Of a stretch of 60,017 bases of DNA, positions 27,262-36,536 are shown piece by piece. Within the stretch, counting starts at the first letter, position 1, and each line of letters begins with the position of its first letter. Origin of the DNA: an uncultured Acidobacteriaceae bacterium. GTDB taxonomy: Bacteria > Acidobacteriota > Terriglobia > Terriglobales > Acidobacteriaceae. The notes under the pieces are model-generated. The model saw nothing but the letters and a program-made list of their open reading frames with translations. It had not been told where the DNA came from and did not search any database. The stretch lies in NCBI GenBank assembly GCA_964249685.1, contig CAXUDC010000001.1, positions 1-60,017 of the forward strand. Reading direction: 5' to 3'. Both the position numbers and the translations under genes were made by a program.

Positions 27262-28197
27262 ATGGTCGAATCCACGTCACAACTCGAAGCTCTCCTGACC
27301 GCCGCCGCCTTCGCTCCCATCCACAACGTCGGCTGGATCCGCGTGACCGGCTCGGACCGCGTGCGCTGGTTGAATGGCATGGTCACGAACTCCATCCAGG
27401 CGCTGAAACCGGACGAGGGCTGCTACAACTTCTTCCTGAACGCGCAGGGCCGCATCCAGGGCGATTGCATGGCGTGGCTGCAGGAGGATGGCATCCTGCT
27501 CCAGACTGCCGCCGACCGCGTCGCTTCGCTGATCGCCTCTCTTGATCGCTTCATCATCATGGACGACGTGGAACTTACGCCGGTAGCAAACCGCGCCGGC
27601 CTGCTCCTGCTCGGCGGTTTGGCTGGGAAATCGCTACAAATGCTGGGGCTCCCGATGCCCGAAGGCTTGGCAACCATCACCTGGCAGGGCGAAGCCGTCA
27701 CCCTGCTTCCCGCATACGACGCGGTGGAACGCTTCGAGCTCTGGTCTGACGCCGCCACCCTTGGCCTCATCACAGAATCGCTCCGCCACGCCGGAGCCAC
27801 TGAATTTACTCCTTCAAACCTTGAACACCTTCGCCTGCTCGAAGCCATGCCCCTATACGGCACCGACATCCGCGACAAGGAACTCCCGCAGGAGACCGGC
27901 CAGACCCGCGCGCTGCACTTCAGCAAAGGCTGCTATCTTGGCCAGGAGATTGTCGAGCGCATCCGCTCGCGCGGGCAGGTGAACCGCCTGTTTCAGGCCT
28001 TTACCCTCACCGGCGACGTGCCTCCGGTTGGCACCGCGCTGATGGCCAACGAAAAGCCCGTCGGCGAGCTCACCAGCGTCGCCGACGTTGCCGGCCATGG
28101 CATCCTCGCCCTGGGCTACGTCCGGCGCGAGGCCCTCGACAGTAAACTCCTCCTTACCTACCCAGGTGGTACCGCCGAGCTTCGAGCTGTCAGCTAA
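27262..28197 (+). CDS. ygfZ: YgfZ/GcvT-like folate-binding protein
   Basis: G.DR..WLNGMVTN; KGCYLGQEIVER signature. Confidence 0.9.
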   Translation: MVESTSQLEALLTAAAFAPIHNVGWIRVTGSDRVRWLNGMVTNSIQALKPDEGCYNFFLNAQGRIQGDCMAWLQEDGILLQTAADRVASLIASLDRFIIMDDVELTPVANRAGLLLLGGLAGKSLQMLGLPMPEGLATITWQGEAVTLLPAYDAVERFELWSDAATLGLITESLRHAGATEFTPSNLEHLRLLEAMPLYGTDIRDKELPQETGQTRALHFSKGCYLGQEIVERIRSRGQVNRLFQAFTLTGDVPPVGTALMANEKPVGELTSVADVAGHGILALGYVRREALDSKLLLTYPGGTAELRAVS

Positions 28198-28270
28198 AAT
28201 CTCCCCTAAACCTCCACCCACAACTCTGCATCCATACTAGAAGACAGAGCAAAAAGAGAGCCACTCACCC

Positions 28271-28933
28271 ATGTCCGACAAGCCGCTGCCCTTCGTCATC
28301 ACCGACCGCCGCAAGTTCAACTCCGAAGGCGAGCCCCGCCCCGACGCCGACCCTTCCCCCGAACGCGAGAACCGCGAGGCGCGTGACGCTGAAGCCCGGG
28401 ATTCCGCGCCGGCACCCACGCCTATTTCCGCCGTGCCCGACCCGCAACCAACGACGGACGAGCTCGATCCGGAGGAAGCCCAGGGCATGCCCCCGGCCCC
28501 CACGGCCGAGCAGATGGAGCAGTCCCGCGTGGCATTCGAGGCTACTGCCGAGCGGCTCGACCTCGCCATTCGCGCGGCCAACCCGGGTGCCGAGCACCCG
28601 CCTGCACTCTCCTTCGAGTCACTCGTCCAGTCCGTTTACATGCAGGCGATCCTGCAGCTCGGCGGCGGCACCCAGGAAGGCCAGCAGCCCCAGGTCGACC
28701 TACTCGGCGCGCGCCAGTCGATCGACATGCTCGGCATTCTCGACGCCAAATCGCAGGGCAACCTGTCGGCCTCCGAGCAGGGCCTGATCCACTCCGCCAT
28801 CTTCGAGCTGCGTCTGGCGTACCTTGAAATTACCCAGGCGCTCGCCCGCTCCGCCCAGCAACGCGCCCAGCAGGCCCCCGGTGGAGGCCCCCCCGGAATG
28901 CCCGGCAAGCCCGGCCCCAGCCTCATCCGCTAA
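28271..28933 (+). CDS. DUF1844-like protein
   Basis: DL..ARQSIDMLGIL..KSQGNL...E...L.ELRLAY. Confidence 0.75.
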   Translation: MSDKPLPFVITDRRKFNSEGEPRPDADPSPERENREARDAEARDSAPAPTPISAVPDPQPTTDELDPEEAQGMPPAPTAEQMEQSRVAFEATAERLDLAIRAANPGAEHPPALSFESLVQSVYMQAILQLGGGTQEGQQPQVDLLGARQSIDMLGILDAKSQGNLSASEQGLIHSAIFELRLAYLEITQALARSAQQRAQQAPGGGPPGMPGKPGPSLIR

Positions 28934-28940
28934 CCAACCC

Positions 28941-28972
28941 GGGTGCCCCAGGTCTCGCTTCTGAGACCTGGG
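28941..28972 (+). repeat. REP-like family A, variant stem
   Basis: GGGTGCCCCAGGTCTCGCTTCTGAGACCTGGG: same foot, different stem. Confidence 0.8.
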
Positions 28973-28993
28973 CCGGACCACCACCGAATCCAA

Positions 28994-29818
28994 ATGCAAG
29001 CCACCTTAGAATTCCTCGGCAGCGGCACCAGCATGGGCGTCCCCACGCTCGGGTGCCCGTGCGCTGTCTGCCAGGACGCCCGCCAACCCGGCAGCCGTAA
29101 CCGCCGCACCCGGCCCAGCGTCCGCCTCACCTACAACAGCGGTCCAGGCGAAGCCCACCACACCGTCCTTATCGACACCGGCCCCGACTTTCACGCCCAG
29201 GCCATCCGCTCGGGCATCACGAGCGTCGATGCCGTCCTCTACACCCACCACCACGCCGACCACATCCTCGGCATGGACGACCTGCGGCCGCTCTCCTTCC
29301 GTACCCCCGCCGGCATTCCGCTCTACGCCGACGCCCCCACCCAGGCCGTGCTCCGCCGCGTCTTCGAGTACACCTTCCGCAGCGAAGACCGCTACGCCAC
29401 CAGCGCGCGCGTCACCCTGGCCGGCCTGCCGCCCTTCCCCCAAACCATCCCGCTCTTCGGCGCCGAGTTCCAGCCGCTCCCCGTCCAGCACGGCCGCGAG
29501 CTCATTACCGGCTACCGTTTCGGCTCGGCCGCCTACCTGACCGACACCTCCGACATCCCCGCCGCGACGCTCGAGCAGCTCCACGGCCTCGACATCCTCA
29601 TCCTCGACGCGCTCCGTCCGCAGCCCCACCCCAGCCACTCGCACCTCGAAAAGTCCATCGCGTTCGCAAGACAGATCGGCGCGCGCCGCACCTACTTCAC
29701 CCACATGTCGCACGAGATCGACCACGAAACCGTCGAAGCCGCCCTGCCCGCATCCATGTACCTCGCCTATGACGGTCTCGAGCTCACCTTCGAACTAACC
29801 TCCGCGACCTCCGCGTAA
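28994..29818 (+). CDS. MBL-fold metallohydrolase (PhnP/YycJ-like)
   Basis: LGSGTSMGVP..GC.C.VC; THHHADHILG; THMSH; AYDG. Confidence 0.9.
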   Translation: MQATLEFLGSGTSMGVPTLGCPCAVCQDARQPGSRNRRTRPSVRLTYNSGPGEAHHTVLIDTGPDFHAQAIRSGITSVDAVLYTHHHADHILGMDDLRPLSFRTPAGIPLYADAPTQAVLRRVFEYTFRSEDRYATSARVTLAGLPPFPQTIPLFGAEFQPLPVQHGRELITGYRFGSAAYLTDTSDIPAATLEQLHGLDILILDALRPQPHPSHSHLEKSIAFARQIGARRTYFTHMSHEIDHETVEAALPASMYLAYDGLELTFELTSATSA

Positions 29819-29875
29819 ACCTCAGCGACCTTTGCGTTCGATCTTTCAGCTCCAGGACCATGCAAATCCAGGACC

Positions 29876-30829
29876 ATGCAAACCTACCACTCCCTCCTCG
29901 AACTCGCCTCGCTCGGCCCCGTCGTCGCCACCATCGGCAACTTCGATGGCGTGCACCGCGGCCACCAGTGGATTCTCGCCGAGGTGCGCGAACGCGCCCG
30001 CGCGCTCGGCCTCAAGTCGCTCGCTATTACCTTTGAGCCGCATCCTATCCGCGTCCTGCGCCCGGAGGCCCCGCACCTGCTCATCAGCTCGCCCGCGCAG
30101 AAGCTCGAGCTGCTTGCCGCAAGCGGCATCGACGCCACGCTCGTCCTGCCGTTTACGACCGAGCTCTCCCGCCTGACGCCGCGTCAGTTCGCCGAGAAGA
30201 TCCTGTGTCAAGGCTGCGGCATTCGCGAGATCCATGAGGGCGCACCCTTCCGTTTCGGCTACCGCGGCACCGGCGACATGACGCTGCTCGCCGAGTTCGG
30301 CCGCGAGTTCGGCTTCGCCGTCCACCCCCAGCAGCCCTTCCTGCTCCGCGGCGCGCCCGTTTCGTCAAGCCGCATCCGTATGCTCATCGCGGAGGGCCGG
30401 CTGAACCAGGCCCGCACGCTCCTCGGCCGCCCCTTCGCCCTGCGCAGCACCCCGGCGAGCGGTCGCGGCTATGGCACCCGCTACACCGTCCCAACCATTA
30501 ATCTGGCGCCCTACCCGGAGCTGCTGCCGGCCTTCGGCGTCTACGTGACCCGCCTCAGCGTCGCGGGCGAGAGCTTCCAGGCCGTGACCAACATCGGCAA
30601 CCGCCCCACCTTCGGCGAGGATTCCTTCACGGTCGAATCGCACCTGCTCGACTTCCACCCCATCGAGCTGAGCGAAAATACCCCACTCGAGCTGACCTTC
30701 CTGCACCGCCTTCGCCCGGAGATCCGGTGGCCCAATCCCGAGGCTCTGCGCGCGCAGATCGGCAAGGATGTCGCGCGCGCCCAACGCTACTTCCACCTCA
30801 CCGCCACCCCACAAGCGATCAACTCCTAG
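29876..30829 (+). CDS. ribF: Bifunctional riboflavin kinase/FAD synthetase
   Basis: IGNFDGVHRGHQ, TFEPHP, SSSRIR, PTIN, GVY, NIGNRPT, ESHLLD. Confidence 0.95.
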   Translation: MQTYHSLLELASLGPVVATIGNFDGVHRGHQWILAEVRERARALGLKSLAITFEPHPIRVLRPEAPHLLISSPAQKLELLAASGIDATLVLPFTTELSRLTPRQFAEKILCQGCGIREIHEGAPFRFGYRGTGDMTLLAEFGREFGFAVHPQQPFLLRGAPVSSSRIRMLIAEGRLNQARTLLGRPFALRSTPASGRGYGTRYTVPTINLAPYPELLPAFGVYVTRLSVAGESFQAVTNIGNRPTFGEDSFTVESHLLDFHPIELSENTPLELTFLHRLRPEIRWPNPEALRAQIGKDVARAQRYFHLTATPQAINS

Positions 30830-30837
30830 CCGCCCGA

Positions 30838-30875
30838 GGGGTGCCCATGATCACCGCGGCTCTATCGCGTGGGGT
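30838..30875 (+). repeat. REP-like family A (internally deleted)
   Basis: GGGGTGCCCATGATCACCGCGGCTCTATCGCGTGGGGT. Confidence 0.75.
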
Positions 30876-30968
30876 TACGCCTTGGCTTGAAAGCGCAAGC
30901 GTTCGGCCCGGCACTACACCATACCAGACAGACTCTGGAGCATCTGCCGAAGGTAAGTGGCAGTCCAA

Positions 30969-31075
30969 ACCGCAGATTCCTCCGCTTCGCTACGGAATGA
31001 CAACAAAAAGCGGAATCCGGGAATGTGGGAAAGCCGCACTTGCCTTCTGTTGGTCATCCCGTAGGGATCTGCGTC
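30969..31075. repeat. Inverted pair of family B REPs (REPIN-like)
   Basis: Reverse copy at 30969-31002 and forward copy at 31053-31075. Confidence 0.7.
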
Positions 31076-31109
31076 TCGCCCCCCTGGCGACACTACACCA
31101 AAGGCAAGC

Positions 31110-33605
31110 CTACCTATCCGGCGGAGGCCGCGATACGCCCGTAGCCGGCGCCGCACTCTCCGGCGGCCGCACAATCGGAGCCGCGGCCTTCGGCACGGCC
31201 GGCAGCGCAGGCAACCTCTCCGGAATCGTCGACGACGGGGCCGCCGCCGCGTCCGGATCGTCCGGGTCCGCATCCTCCGGCTTGGCCGCACTCGCATCGT
31301 CCGCCGCCCCTGGCTTCACCGCGAGCACCTTCTTCGGCGCGCCCGCCGCCGGGAAGACCTCGTCATCCTTGCCGGCGATCGCCGCTTTCATGAAGTCGAT
31401 CCACATCGGCAGCGCCGCCTTCGCGCCCTGCTCGCCCTTGCCCAGCGTCTGCCGGTCGTCGAACCCGATCCAGGTTCCGCACGTGACGGACGGGGAAAAC
31501 CCGATAAACCACGCATCCGTAAAGTCGTTCGTCGTGCCCGTCTTGCCGCCGGTGGGATGGCCCTTGAGCTCCACCGTGGCCGAAGCGCCCGTGCCGTAGT
31601 GCGTCACCGCCTGCAGCAGGATCATCATCTCGCGCGCGATCTCGACCGAGATCACTTCCTTCACCTCCGGGTTGTGTGTGTCGAGCGGCACGCCGTCGGC
31701 CTGCGTGACCTTGCGGATGTAGTGCGGCTCGATCCGGATGCCGTCGTTCGGAAACACGCTGTAGGAGCTCACCTGCTCGGCCAGCGTAATGTCCGCCGCG
31801 CCGATCGCGATCGGCAGAAACGCCGGAATGTTGCTCGTGACGCCGAACCGGTGCGCGACCTCGATGACCGTCTTGATCCCGACCTTGTCCGCCAGCTTCA
31901 GCGCCGGGATGTTGCGCGATTGCGCAAAGGCCGACAGCAGCGTCATCGTGCCCTTCCAGTCGGGCTCGTAGTTGTGCGGCGTATAGTAGCCGTTTGGCGT
32001 GTAGAAGCTCGTGGGCGCGTCGACGACCGTGTCGGTCGGCTTCATGCCGGCCTCCATCGCCGCGGTATAGACGTACGGCTTAAAGCTCGAGCCGACCTGC
32101 CGCTGCGACTGCGTGGCGCGGTTGAACTGGCTCAGCGCAAAGTCGCGTCCGCCCACCATTGCCAGCACCTCGCCGTTCGAGTTGTCGATCGCCATCATCG
32201 ATCCCTGCACGCCGGTGTCCTGCTGGAGCAAGGCCTTCTTCACGACCTCGTTCCCCGGCCCCGACCCAAAGCCGACAGTCTCCTCGATCTTCACGTACAC
32301 CAGGTCGCCGAGCTTCAGGAACGTGTCCGCGCCCTTCTGCTGCGACCAGACCCAGTCCTCCGGGCCCATCGTCACACTCTGGCTGCCCAGCTTCACGGTC
32401 GCGAACTTGCCGTTGACCGACGTCACCATCCCGTGGAGATAGTCACCCTTGTGCACCTTGCCGGTCCAGTCCGGGTGCTTGTACGTCTCCGGGTCCAGCC
32501 CCGCGAGCACCACGTTCTGCAGCCCGCCCTTCCACCCGTGCCGCTTTTCGTACCGTGCCGTGCCGTCCAGCACCGCCTCGTTCGCCACCTGCTGCAGCCC
32601 CAGATCGAGCGTCGTATACACCCGCAGCCCCGCGCCGTGCACCTCGTCGACGCCGTACTCCTTCTCGAGCTGCTTACGCACTTCCTCGATAAAGTACGGC
32701 GCAACGCTGTTCGGCGCCACCTCCAGCTTCAGCCCCAGGGGCTCGGCCTGCGCCTCCGCGGCCTGCGCCGGCGTGATCTTGCCGTCGTGCATCATCTCGC
32801 TCAGCACCAGGTTGCGGCGCTTCAGCGCGCGGTCCGGGTTGCGCAGCGGCGAGTAGAGCTCCGGGCCTTTGGGCAGTGCGGCCAGCAGCGCCGCCTCCGC
32901 CAGCGTGACGTCCTTCAGGTGCTTCGAAAAGTAAAACTCGCTGCCCGCCTCAAACCCATAGCGGCCATGGCCCAGGTAGATCTGGTTCACGTAAAGCGTC
33001 AGGATCTGGTCCTTGGTAAAGCGCCGCTCGATCTGCACCGTCAGGAAGATCTCCGTCAGCTTGCGGCTGTAGGTCTTCTGCGCGGAGAGGAAGAGGTTGC
33101 GCGCCAGCTGCATCGTCAGCGTGGACGAGCCCTGGCTACGCGAGTGCGAATGAATATCCTGATACGCGGCTCCCACGGCGCGGTACAGGTTGATGCCCCA
33201 GTTATGGTCGAAGCTCTTGTCTTCGATACTGATAATCGCATTGCGCAGGTTGGGCGGAATGTCCGTATACGGCACCACGATGCGGCGCTCGAGCGCAAAC
33301 GAGCCGATCTCGGTGCCGTGAATATCCAGCAGCACGGTCGTCGTATTGGGCCGGTAGCGCGCCAGGTCTTCCATCTGCGGCAGGTCGATCGAGTAGACCA
33401 CCGCGAGTCCGCACAGCGCACCCAGCACACCGCTCAAGCCCAGCAGCAGCCAGAAGGTGCGACGCCTGGCCAGCGCGCGCGAGCGGTAGTCCGGGCCAGT
33501 CAAAGTCAGCCGATGCCAGAGGGAAAGCAGCCGCGCGCAACGAACCTGTGCCGGCGTCTGGACGTCGGTCGGGACCTCGGGGGCGTCAGTGTAAAGGCTG
33601 TTCAC
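31110..33605 (-). CDS. mrcA: Class A penicillin-binding protein (PBP1A family)
   Basis: TM anchor; EDKSF, GSSTLTMQLARN, RKLTE (transglycosylase); SSFK, SRN, KTGT (transpeptidase). Confidence 0.92.
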   Translation of the reverse strand: MNSLYTDAPEVPTDVQTPAQVRCARLLSLWHRLTLTGPDYRSRALARRRTFWLLLGLSGVLGALCGLAVVYSIDLPQMEDLARYRPNTTTVLLDIHGTEIGSFALERRIVVPYTDIPPNLRNAIISIEDKSFDHNWGINLYRAVGAAYQDIHSHSRSQGSSTLTMQLARNLFLSAQKTYSRKLTEIFLTVQIERRFTKDQILTLYVNQIYLGHGRYGFEAGSEFYFSKHLKDVTLAEAALLAALPKGPELYSPLRNPDRALKRRNLVLSEMMHDGKITPAQAAEAQAEPLGLKLEVAPNSVAPYFIEEVRKQLEKEYGVDEVHGAGLRVYTTLDLGLQQVANEAVLDGTARYEKRHGWKGGLQNVVLAGLDPETYKHPDWTGKVHKGDYLHGMVTSVNGKFATVKLGSQSVTMGPEDWVWSQQKGADTFLKLGDLVYVKIEETVGFGSGPGNEVVKKALLQQDTGVQGSMMAIDNSNGEVLAMVGGRDFALSQFNRATQSQRQVGSSFKPYVYTAAMEAGMKPTDTVVDAPTSFYTPNGYYTPHNYEPDWKGTMTLLSAFAQSRNIPALKLADKVGIKTVIEVAHRFGVTSNIPAFLPIAIGAADITLAEQVSSYSVFPNDGIRIEPHYIRKVTQADGVPLDTHNPEVKEVISVEIAREMMILLQAVTHYGTGASATVELKGHPTGGKTGTTNDFTDAWFIGFSPSVTCGTWIGFDDRQTLGKGEQGAKAALPMWIDFMKAAIAGKDDEVFPAAGAPKKVLAVKPGAADDASAAKPEDADPDDPDAAAAPSSTIPERLPALPAVPKAAAPIVRPPESAAPATGVSRPPPDR

Positions 33606-33641
33606 GGCCTTCCCACGATAGCACGGCCCGCCGCGTCCGTA

Positions 33642-33830
33642 CTACCGCGACTCTAATCCTTCGATGCGGTTCTCGTGGCTCCGCACGATGCCGACCAGAT
33701 CCGTGACGCTGAGTACCAGCAGATCCACCGTCTTGCGGGTTTGCTCTCCCTGCAAGACGAGAAGTTCTACACTCTGTGCGAGTGCCTCATGGCGCTCGGT
33801 CAGCCTTTCGATTCGTTCATCAACGGTCAT
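33642..33830 (-). CDS. Small coiled-coil hypothetical protein
   Basis: GAGGAG RBS; heptad pattern MTVDERIERLTERHEALAQSVELL. Confidence 0.65.
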   Translation of the reverse strand: MTVDERIERLTERHEALAQSVELLVLQGEQTRKTVDLLVLSVTDLVGIVRSHENRIEGLESR

Positions 33831-33850
33831 TTCTGCTCCTCATCAAAGCC

Positions 33851-34020
33851 CAAGGACGTGCACGGACAGGACGGATAAAGCACGGATAAAAGAAGCAAAA
33901 ATGGTTTTTAGCTCGACAATGCTTGTCTCTAGTGCAAATGGGATCCGATCTGCAGTTCTCAGCACTTCGTACTTGCCTCTTTTATCCGTTCTCTATCCGT
34001 CCTGTCCGTGCACGTACTTG
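33851..34020. repeat. Composite inverted-repeat element, family D, copy 1
   Basis: 48 nt arms (33851-33898 and 33973-34020), 44/48 complementary, each with three ACGGA units. Confidence 0.88.
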
Positions 34021-34023
34021 CTT

Positions 34024-35292
34024 TCAGGCAGTCTTGGCCTTCAACAGCTCGAGCCCTTTATTCAACTGGTCGTCAGCCGCCGGCTTCGGCGCGGGGGGCG
34101 GAGTCCTCGCCGCCGTGGTCGGGGTGGCGTCGTCATCGTCGCTCCCACCGTCGGCCGCTGCGGTGTCGATGTTCGAGGCGACGAGCACGCCCGGCGTAAC
34201 GCCGTCATCTTCCAGCTTCTTGCCCTCCGGCGTGCCGTATTTCGCGACTGAAAGGATCAGCGCCGCACCGTCCGGCAGCTCAAAGAGCTTGGTCTGGGTA
34301 CCCTCGCCGAAGGTCTTTTCTCCCACCAGCTCGGCGCGCTTGTCGTCTAGTAGCGCCGCGGCCACCAGCTCGCCGGGGCCGGCCGTGCCGCGGTTGACAA
34401 GCACCACCATGGGCCCGAACGGGTGAATCGCCTTACCCGCCTCAGCCGTGTAAGTCACCTTGGCGACCTTCTGGCCCTCGAGCGTGGCGATCGTTCCCGT
34501 CCGCAGGAAGAAGTTGGCGAGCCGCGTGGCCTCCGTCATGTCGCCCGCCGCGACATCGCGCAGGTCCAGCAGAACCTTCTTATTACCGGACTGGTCGGCC
34601 TTCTTGAGCTTTGCCTCGATCGCCTGCACATGCTCGCGGTCCATCACAACCGGCTTCAGGTAAAGAATAGTCGAATTCTCATAAAGCGTCTCCGCAACCG
34701 CCGGCTCGGCGACGATGGAGCGCGTGAGCTGAATCTTGTCCGGCACGGGCTTGCCGCCGCGGACGATCGAGACCTCCACCTGCGAGCCCGGCGCGCCCGC
34801 AAGCATCATCTGGATGACGGCGAGCGAGATGTCGTGCGTGTCCTTGCCATTGATCGCCTCGATAAACTGCCCGTCAACCAGCCCGGCCTTGTCCGCCGGC
34901 CCGCCCGGAATGACCGAAACGATGTTCGCATACCCGCCGCGCTTCGACACGACGAGCCCAATCTGCGCCTTCGCGTTGCCCTTGGCGAGGTCGAGTTTGT
35001 AGGCGCTGTAGTCGGCCGGCGTCAGATAGGAGCTGTCCGCGTCCAGCGACTCCAGCAGCCCGCGCAGCGCGCCGTTCGTGACCGTATCGATATTAGGATC
35101 AGTCACATAGTCGGATTGGATGTGCCGCAGGACCTCGCTGTAGACGTTGATCTGCTTGTAGGCGCCGCCGTCCTGCTGGGCTGACTCCATGCCGGTCGCG
35201 GCCGAAACGGAGGTGGTATGCATGCCGAGGAAGACGGTCATGACGAGCGTGATGGAGGCGGCGAGGAGGAGGATCTTGGGCAGCTTCGGCAT
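34024..35292 (-). CDS. S41/CtpA-family PDZ protease homologue lacking the catalytic Ser and Lys
   Basis: Signal peptide; PDZ (GGPADKAGL); LLDLR; VLVNRGTAGPGEL; VGEKTFGEG; GVTP. Confidence 0.85.
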   Translation of the reverse strand: MPKLPKILLLAASITLVMTVFLGMHTTSVSAATGMESAQQDGGAYKQINVYSEVLRHIQSDYVTDPNIDTVTNGALRGLLESLDADSSYLTPADYSAYKLDLAKGNAKAQIGLVVSKRGGYANIVSVIPGGPADKAGLVDGQFIEAINGKDTHDISLAVIQMMLAGAPGSQVEVSIVRGGKPVPDKIQLTRSIVAEPAVAETLYENSTILYLKPVVMDREHVQAIEAKLKKADQSGNKKVLLDLRDVAAGDMTEATRLANFFLRTGTIATLEGQKVAKVTYTAEAGKAIHPFGPMVVLVNRGTAGPGELVAAALLDDKRAELVGEKTFGEGTQTKLFELPDGAALILSVAKYGTPEGKKLEDDGVTPGVLVASNIDTAAADGGSDDDDATPTTAARTPPPAPKPAADDQLNKGLELLKAKTA

Positions 35293-35359
35293 GGGGCGGG
35301 TGGTCTCCAGAGTGGTTAGACGATGATCCCTGCGAAAATGATACGCCTGCTTTTGGAGA

Positions 35360-35536
35360 CAAGTACGTGCACGGATAAAAGCGGAAAGAACACGGATAAA
35401 AAGAGGCAATGACGAGTGACTGGAAGTGCATGCGCAACACAGATTCCTGCGGAGTGACAAACAAGAAGCCTGTTTCCAAAATAAGAGCTTTGCTTCTTTA
35501 TCCGTGTTCTATCCGTTCTTGTCCGTGCACGTACTT
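35360..35536. repeat. Composite inverted-repeat element, family D, copy 2, with a family B remnant at 35436-35459
   Basis: Arms at 35360-35409 and 35490-35536 homologous to copy 1. Confidence 0.85.
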
Positions 35537-35549
35537 TGCTCGGGTACAG

Positions 35550-36536
35550 CTATTTGAAGGGGATCGCATGGGGCAACGACTGCGGGAGGGCCAGCGTGCG
35601 GGCCAGAATTTCCTGTAGGTTGCCGGTCGTCACGAGGACGACGCGGGGCCAGTCGTCGGCCAGGCCGAGTGGGCGGCCGAGCTCGTGGGTGCTGCCGAGC
35701 AGGCGCGTGGCGGCGGTAGAGGCGGGGGTAAGGTTGTGCTGCATGAGCCCGAGCGGGCCGGCGGCGAGCAGCGCATTGACCACGGCCGCGACGATGCGGG
35801 CGAGGCGAGGGTCGGTGGCGCGGCAGGTCGGGGCAAGGGGGTCTTCGGCTAGGTGCTCGGGCAGGATCTGGTAGTCGCCCGCGGTGCGCGTAAGCGACGC
35901 GCGCACGGCGGCGAGGCGGGTCGCGTCCCCGGCCAGCGCGGCGCAGTTGTGCGTCGCGTAGGCCGCTTCCATCTCGCCCTGCTCCTGGAACGGGAAGGGC
36001 GTGAAGTCGAGCTTGTGCTGGGTGAAGAAGTCGCGGAGGGCGGTCTCCGCCTCGGTTTCGGCGAGGACGCAGATCTTTTTGTCGGCCAGCTGCGCAAGGG
36101 TGATACCGGTCGCGGCGAGCAACGCGACGGGATCCTCAAGGACGGGGCTGGCCTGGGTAAGGGTGGGGTCGGTGGCGTGGGTGAAGTCCGCGGAGAGCGT
36201 TGGGATCAGGTCGACCTCGCCACGGCGCAGGGCGGCGGCGGCGGTCTCGTCGTCCGGGTAGCCTTTGAAGGCGACGTGAGGGCTCGGGCCGAGGAGTGCG
36301 GCGGCGACGGCGCGGCAGAGCTCCTGGTCGAAGGCTACGCGGGGGCCGTGCTCGTTGGTGGCGCTGTACTCAGCTTCGGACTGGTCGATCCCGCAGGTGA
36401 GGACGTGGGCCTGCTGGATGTGCTGGACGATGTCCTGGGCGTGGAGGGTGCCCGCGGACAGGAGTGCTAGAGACACACCCCACGATAACCGCGGTAAAAC
36501 TGAGGTGATCATGGGGCACCCCGTGGGATTCCTCAT
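35550..36536 (-). CDS. Amino-acid ABC substrate-binding protein (AapJ-like)
   Basis: L.CG, FD..LCRAVAAA.LG, GEVDL, KKICVL, C.A..GD, ILPE.L..DPLAP, GN..EI. Confidence 0.8.
   Translation of the reverse strand: MRNPTGCPMITSVLPRLSWGVSLALLSAGTLHAQDIVQHIQQAHVLTCGIDQSEAEYSATNEHGPRVAFDQELCRAVAAALLGPSPHVAFKGYPDDETAAAALRRGEVDLIPTLSADFTHATDPTLTQASPVLEDPVALLAATGITLAQLADKKICVLAETEAETALRDFFTQHKLDFTPFPFQEQGEMEAAYATHNCAALAGDATRLAAVRASLTRTAGDYQILPEHLAEDPLAPTCRATDPRLARIVAAVVNALLAAGPLGLMQHNLTPASTAATRLLGSTHELGRPLGLADDWPRVVLVTTGNLQEILARTLALPQSLPHAIPFK
36477..36522 (-). repeat. REP-like family A (reverse), inside the 5' end of the SBP ORF
   Basis: Reverse complement GGGGTGCCCCATGATCACCTCAGTTTTACCGCGGTTATCGTGGGGT. 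Confidence 0.88.

Noticed and set aside
33851-35536. CRISPR-like appearance of family D and other repeats
   Set aside because: Arms are inverted, not direct repeats with regular unique spacers; no cas genes.
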